The translations under genes and the position numbers were made by a program. From the IMG/VR virus record IMGVR_UViG_3300042287_000568: a stretch of DNA of 20,000 nt; one strand, given 5' to 3'. Under the pieces are notes generated by a model, which saw nothing but the letters and a program-made list of their open reading frames with translations, made no database searches and was not told the DNA's origin. This DNA comes from an uncultured virus (IMG/VR IMGVR_UViG_3300042287_000568). Its lineage: Duplodnaviria; Heunggongvirae; Uroviricota; Caudoviricetes. Below are positions 16,910 through 20,000 of this stretch, in pieces (positions within the stretch are counted from its first letter, which is position 1; the number at the start of each line of letters is the position of its first letter).

Positions 16910-18964
16910 TTAGATGTTTGAACCCATTGACCACGCCCGACGCGTTTCGTCTTCAGCAATTTGCGATTTCTTTTTTGCTAGGAGATTGGTAAATGTTCCA
17001 ACAAGAGCAGTGCGCAAAGTAGTTACCTTGTCTTCTTCGCCATGTACGCCAAGTGTTGCAAACACGGCATTGTTGATTTCCTGTGCAGTTTCATCGTTGA
17101 CTGACTTGATTCTGGTTATTTGCGAGTTGACATGAGCGACGATATCTTCTTTTTTTAACGGCATCTTGACAAGATTTTTTTCGGAATATGTTGTTTGTGC
17201 ATCATTGATAATTGCGTTAAGAACAGGCCTAATGTCTTCGTCCATCTGTTTAGCCCATACATCTGCGCTGAAAATGCTTTCCACATCAAGCGCTCCTGTT
17301 GCCAATAGTTTTCTAGATTTAATACCAGAGGCTTTCTCAAGAACAACTCTCTGTTGTCTCTCAAATACTCTTTCCAGGCTTCTATCAAGAATCTCTGTCC
17401 ATCGGTTAAATGTTGTGTCAACTTTTGTTTGCCACTCTTGTTCGCTCTTGCTTTGAAGCGCCGAGTAGTTTGCGGATGCTTGCGCTGGCGCGGTTGGCAT
17501 GGCTCCCTGCTCTGGAGACATGACACCGTCAACTGGTGGCATTCCTGCGTTTTGAGCCATCTGTTCACCCTGTGTTGCGAGTTCCATAGCACCCTGCATG
17601 GTTGTTGGGTCTGGAGGCATTCCCTCTGCACCTGGAGGCATTCCTGGCATTCCTGGCATTCCGGGCATTCCTGGTGCCCCAGGGACTCCTGGAGCCCCCA
17701 TTACACCGGCCTGAGCAGGCTCTTCCATCTTCTTCTTCGTGTTTGCAATCGGAGTGAGGTTTGGGTTCCATAAAAGAGAATCGGCAAGGTCGCTCTCAAC
17801 TTCTTTTCTGCCAGTTCCAGTTCTGTATTCGTTTGTGCTGATTAGACCTTGACCAAGTTCATCCTTGAGGTATCTGTTTCTTTCCTGTTCGTAAAGAATA
17901 AGAACAGGAACATTCCTGACGTCAAAGTCAATGTAATGCTGGTCGTCAAGTTCATCTAAGGCACGAGCAATTGGCTCTAAATGCGGAAGCATTGTTTCGT
18001 TCCAAAAGACTCGGATTTCTTCACCAGCGTTAGAGAATGTTCTGCCAGCAGCGTTTCCGATAACTGATTCCGGAACACCAAAAGATGCAAGAATTTCTTC
18101 CTTAGTAATTTGACGCATTTGAATATATGCAGCGTCACGAGGACTGGCGGATGTATCAACAAAGTCAGCACCATCGTCAGAAGAGATAACGGTCGTTGCT
18201 CCAGCACGAGCAATGTTTCCCCTGAATCTGCTCTTTAGTTCTTCTTTGTCATCATCGTCAATTTCTCCACGAAGAACAAGAAGACCTCCTGGACGACCAT
18301 CGTTTAGAAGGTAGTTTCTATTGTAAACCTTTGCCAAGTTTTCAATCTCAACAGCAATACCAGCAGCCTCTAATGGGGTCATTGATAGGTATGGGTCTAA
18401 TGGATGTGGTTTGCGAATCCAAATAACATCTTTTGGTTTCATGATTATGGTGCCGCCGTTTGGCATCTTCACTTCGTAACCAGCAACAAAATTTCTTGGG
18501 TCAGGAATTGGTGAAGTGCTTTGTGGGGGTAGAAGGTTGAGAGCAATTACTCCGCCGTCCCTGCCATAAATTTTTTCAATAAACACCCCTCGTGTGCTCA
18601 TTAAGAGTTGAGAAGAAAGCCTGTATCTAAATATAAATGAATTTTCACCTATATTGGATTTTGTGTTCAGAATTTTTAATATCTCTGAATTTTTTGCTTT
18701 TGAACCTACAATAATCTCACCCTGCGGAGAGTTGTCTTTCCTAAGAATCACTGGGAGTCTTGCTTGGTTTCCAGCAATTGCGTCAATACAACGAGCAACC
18801 CAAGTTACCTTCTGCATTCCTTCTTTATAAACACGCTCAATATCCCACGAGTCAGAATACGCTTTTCCGGCATAGCCAGGGTTGTGCGCAATTGGAGCGC
18901 CAGGACCGACGCTCTTTGTGGACTGATTGTTCAGTGATTTATTATTAAAGTTATTCCAAGCCAT
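16910..18964 (-). CDS. HK97-family phage portal protein with Pro/Gly/Met linker and MuF-like C-terminal extension
   Basis: Portal motifs WVARCIDAIAGNQARLP, LNLLPPQ, DVIWIRKPHPLDPYLSMTPLEAA, NDGRPGGLL, EEILASFGVPESVIG, TFSNA and GLISTNEYR. Sits between terminase and prohead protease. Confidence 0.93.
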   Translation of the reverse strand: MAWNNFNNKSLNNQSTKSVGPGAPIAHNPGYAGKAYSDSWDIERVYKEGMQKVTWVARCIDAIAGNQARLPVILRKDNSPQGEIIVGSKAKNSEILKILNTKSNIGENSFIFRYRLSSQLLMSTRGVFIEKIYGRDGGVIALNLLPPQSTSPIPDPRNFVAGYEVKMPNGGTIIMKPKDVIWIRKPHPLDPYLSMTPLEAAGIAVEIENLAKVYNRNYLLNDGRPGGLLVLRGEIDDDDKEELKSRFRGNIARAGATTVISSDDGADFVDTSASPRDAAYIQMRQITKEEILASFGVPESVIGNAAGRTFSNAGEEIRVFWNETMLPHLEPIARALDELDDQHYIDFDVRNVPVLILYEQERNRYLKDELGQGLISTNEYRTGTGRKEVESDLADSLLWNPNLTPIANTKKKMEEPAQAGVMGAPGVPGAPGMPGMPGMPGMPPGAEGMPPDPTTMQGAMELATQGEQMAQNAGMPPVDGVMSPEQGAMPTAPAQASANYSALQSKSEQEWQTKVDTTFNRWTEILDRSLERVFERQQRVVLEKASGIKSRKLLATGALDVESIFSADVWAKQMDEDIRPVLNAIINDAQTTYSEKNLVKMPLKKEDIVAHVNSQITRIKSVNDETAQEINNAVFATLGVHGEEDKVTTLRTALVGTFTNLLAKKKSQIAEDETRRAWSMGSNI
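17637..17674 (-). repeat. 9-bp tandem repeat (GGCATTCCT/G x4) encoding (GMP)n in the portal linker
   Basis: ggcattcct ggcattcct ggcattccg ggcattcct gg on the + strand; the protein reads PGMPGMPGMPGMPP. Confidence 0.9.
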
Positions 18965-18967
18965 TTT

Positions 18968-19192
18968 CTACTCAAGACCTAGCAAGAAACCTAAAATTCC
19001 GCATGTAACACCCGCCGAAATGAAACCCAAAGCAGGCGAAACCATGCTCGCCCCTATACTTGTAAATAATATAAATCCTACCATTAAAACGTTGGCAAAG
19101 AATGGGCGAGTCGCTAATTCTTTTATCGCCCCCCATAAAAACTTAATACTCTTTACACTTGCAGACTTCGTTTTAGTGATGAAATTATTCAT
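18968..19192 (-). CDS. Small membrane protein (~74 aa; 83 aa from the alternative start at 19219)
   Basis: Basic N-terminus followed by two hydrophobic segments (FFANVLMVGFILFTSIGASMV and ALGFISAGVTCGILGFLLGL). Stop lies 3 nt before the portal ATG. The start codon is uncertain. Confidence 0.7.
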   Translation of the reverse strand: MNNFITKTKSASVKSIKFLWGAIKELATRPFFANVLMVGFILFTSIGASMVSPALGFISAGVTCGILGFLLGLE

Positions 19193-19253
19193 ATGCTCAC
19201 ACCGTAGCGCATAAAACATGCCTAGTGTGCAATTGCCTTATAGAAAGAAAACC

Positions 19254-20000
19254 ATGACTACTGACTGGATAAAAGTTCTTGAATACTTAGAACCAAAGAA
19301 ACCTGAATTCTGTCCAGAAGAGGCATCTATCACTCAAAGAGTTTTTTTGAGAACGAATGGTATTGAAGCATTATTCGGTGGTGCCGCAGGCGGTGGAAAA
19401 AGTTCAGCACTTTTAATGTCAGCCCTGCAATATGTTGATGTTCCTGGATATTCAGCCATTTTGTTTCGTCGTACATATGCTGACTTGGCGCTCCCTGGTG
19501 CCCTCATGGATAGATTCAAGACATGGATAGACGGTCATGACGATATTCACTGGAACGCAAACAGTTACGTAGCGACATTTCCTTCTGGAGCAAGAATATC
19601 TTTTGGGTACCTAAACAACACAAACGACTACCTTCGTTATAAAGGGTCAGAATTTCAGTTTATTGGAATGGATGAGGTCACCGAAATCCGTGAATCGGAC
19701 TATCGGTACATGTTCTCCCGTTTGCGCCGCCCCAACTCAGGACCGTTATCTCAGGTTCCATTGAGAATGCGGTGTGCCTCAAACCCTGCTCCAAACTGGG
19801 TTAGGCAGAGATTTATCGTTGAGGGAACCGAAAAAGGAAGAATTTTCGTTCCCAGTAAACTGACGGACAACCCTGGAATTGACGCTGACTCCTATCGCCA
19901 AGCCCTGCAGGCTCTTGACCCAATTGAACGGCGCAGGCTTGAAGAGGGAGACTGGTGGAGCACCACCTTGGGAACTCTATTTGAGAGAGAAAACATCGTA
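19254..20000 (+). CDS. terL: Terminase large subunit, N-terminal ATPase domain (partial, runs off window end)
   Basis: Manual translation MTTDWIKVLEYLEPK... gives Walker A LFGGAAGGGKS, AILFRRTY, YKGSEFQFIGMDE (Walker B), coupling motif CASNP, SKLTDNP and LEEGDW. No stop before 20000. An in-frame ATG at 19218 is an alternative start. Confidence 0.95.
   Translation, partial: MTTDWIKVLEYLEPKKPEFCPEEASITQRVFLRTNGIEALFGGAAGGGKSSALLMSALQYVDVPGYSAILFRRTYADLALPGALMDRFKTWIDGHDDIHWNANSYVATFPSGARISFGYLNNTNDYLRYKGSEFQFIGMDEVTEIRESDYRYMFSRLRRPNSGPLSQVPLRMRCASNPAPNWVRQRFIVEGTEKGRIFVPSKLTDNPGIDADSYRQALQALDPIERRRLEEGDWWSTTLGTLFERENIV

Noticed and set aside
18968..19192. Small two-TM protein as a holin
   Set aside because: No endolysin is nearby, and small membrane proteins just upstream of portals occur in other head modules. 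Its function is left unassigned.
18927..19214. 95-aa plus-strand ORF as a possible small terminase
   Set aside because: It is antisense to the membrane-protein gene, overlaps the portal start, has a non-ATG start and shows no terS-like features.
19334..19519. 61-aa minus-strand ORF
   Set aside because: It is antisense to the clear terminase ATPase frame.

Overview
The window is the head-packaging and morphogenesis region of a tailed dsDNA phage, probably with a large genome. A terminase large subunit starts at about 19254 on the + strand and runs off the window end; the ORF track missed it. It is divergent from a tightly packed minus-strand run: small membrane protein, HK97-type portal with a MuF-like C-terminal extension, a 2174-aa protein that begins with an HK97-type prohead protease, a Cys/PepSY-containing protein, a ~1887-aa multidomain protein, 136-aa, 199-aa and 668-aa proteins, and a truncated ORF. 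The most striking observation is that the giant protease looks like a polyprotein. About ten copies of a G-[FLM]-x-S-[SRE]-T-G-like linker separate unrelated modules (tandem HTH, HipA/PI3-4K-like kinase, acidic repeats). The same linker, a K-x-LG-x-[TS]-L motif and a C-x17-C motif recur among the neighbouring large proteins. Those neighbours carry a zincin HExxH motif and apparently degenerate ADP-ribosyltransferase, kinase and JAB-like folds. The hypothesis is a system of capsid-packaged, protease-processed cargo proteins. No major capsid gene is recognisable. All domain calls were made by eye from motifs; no database search was run.
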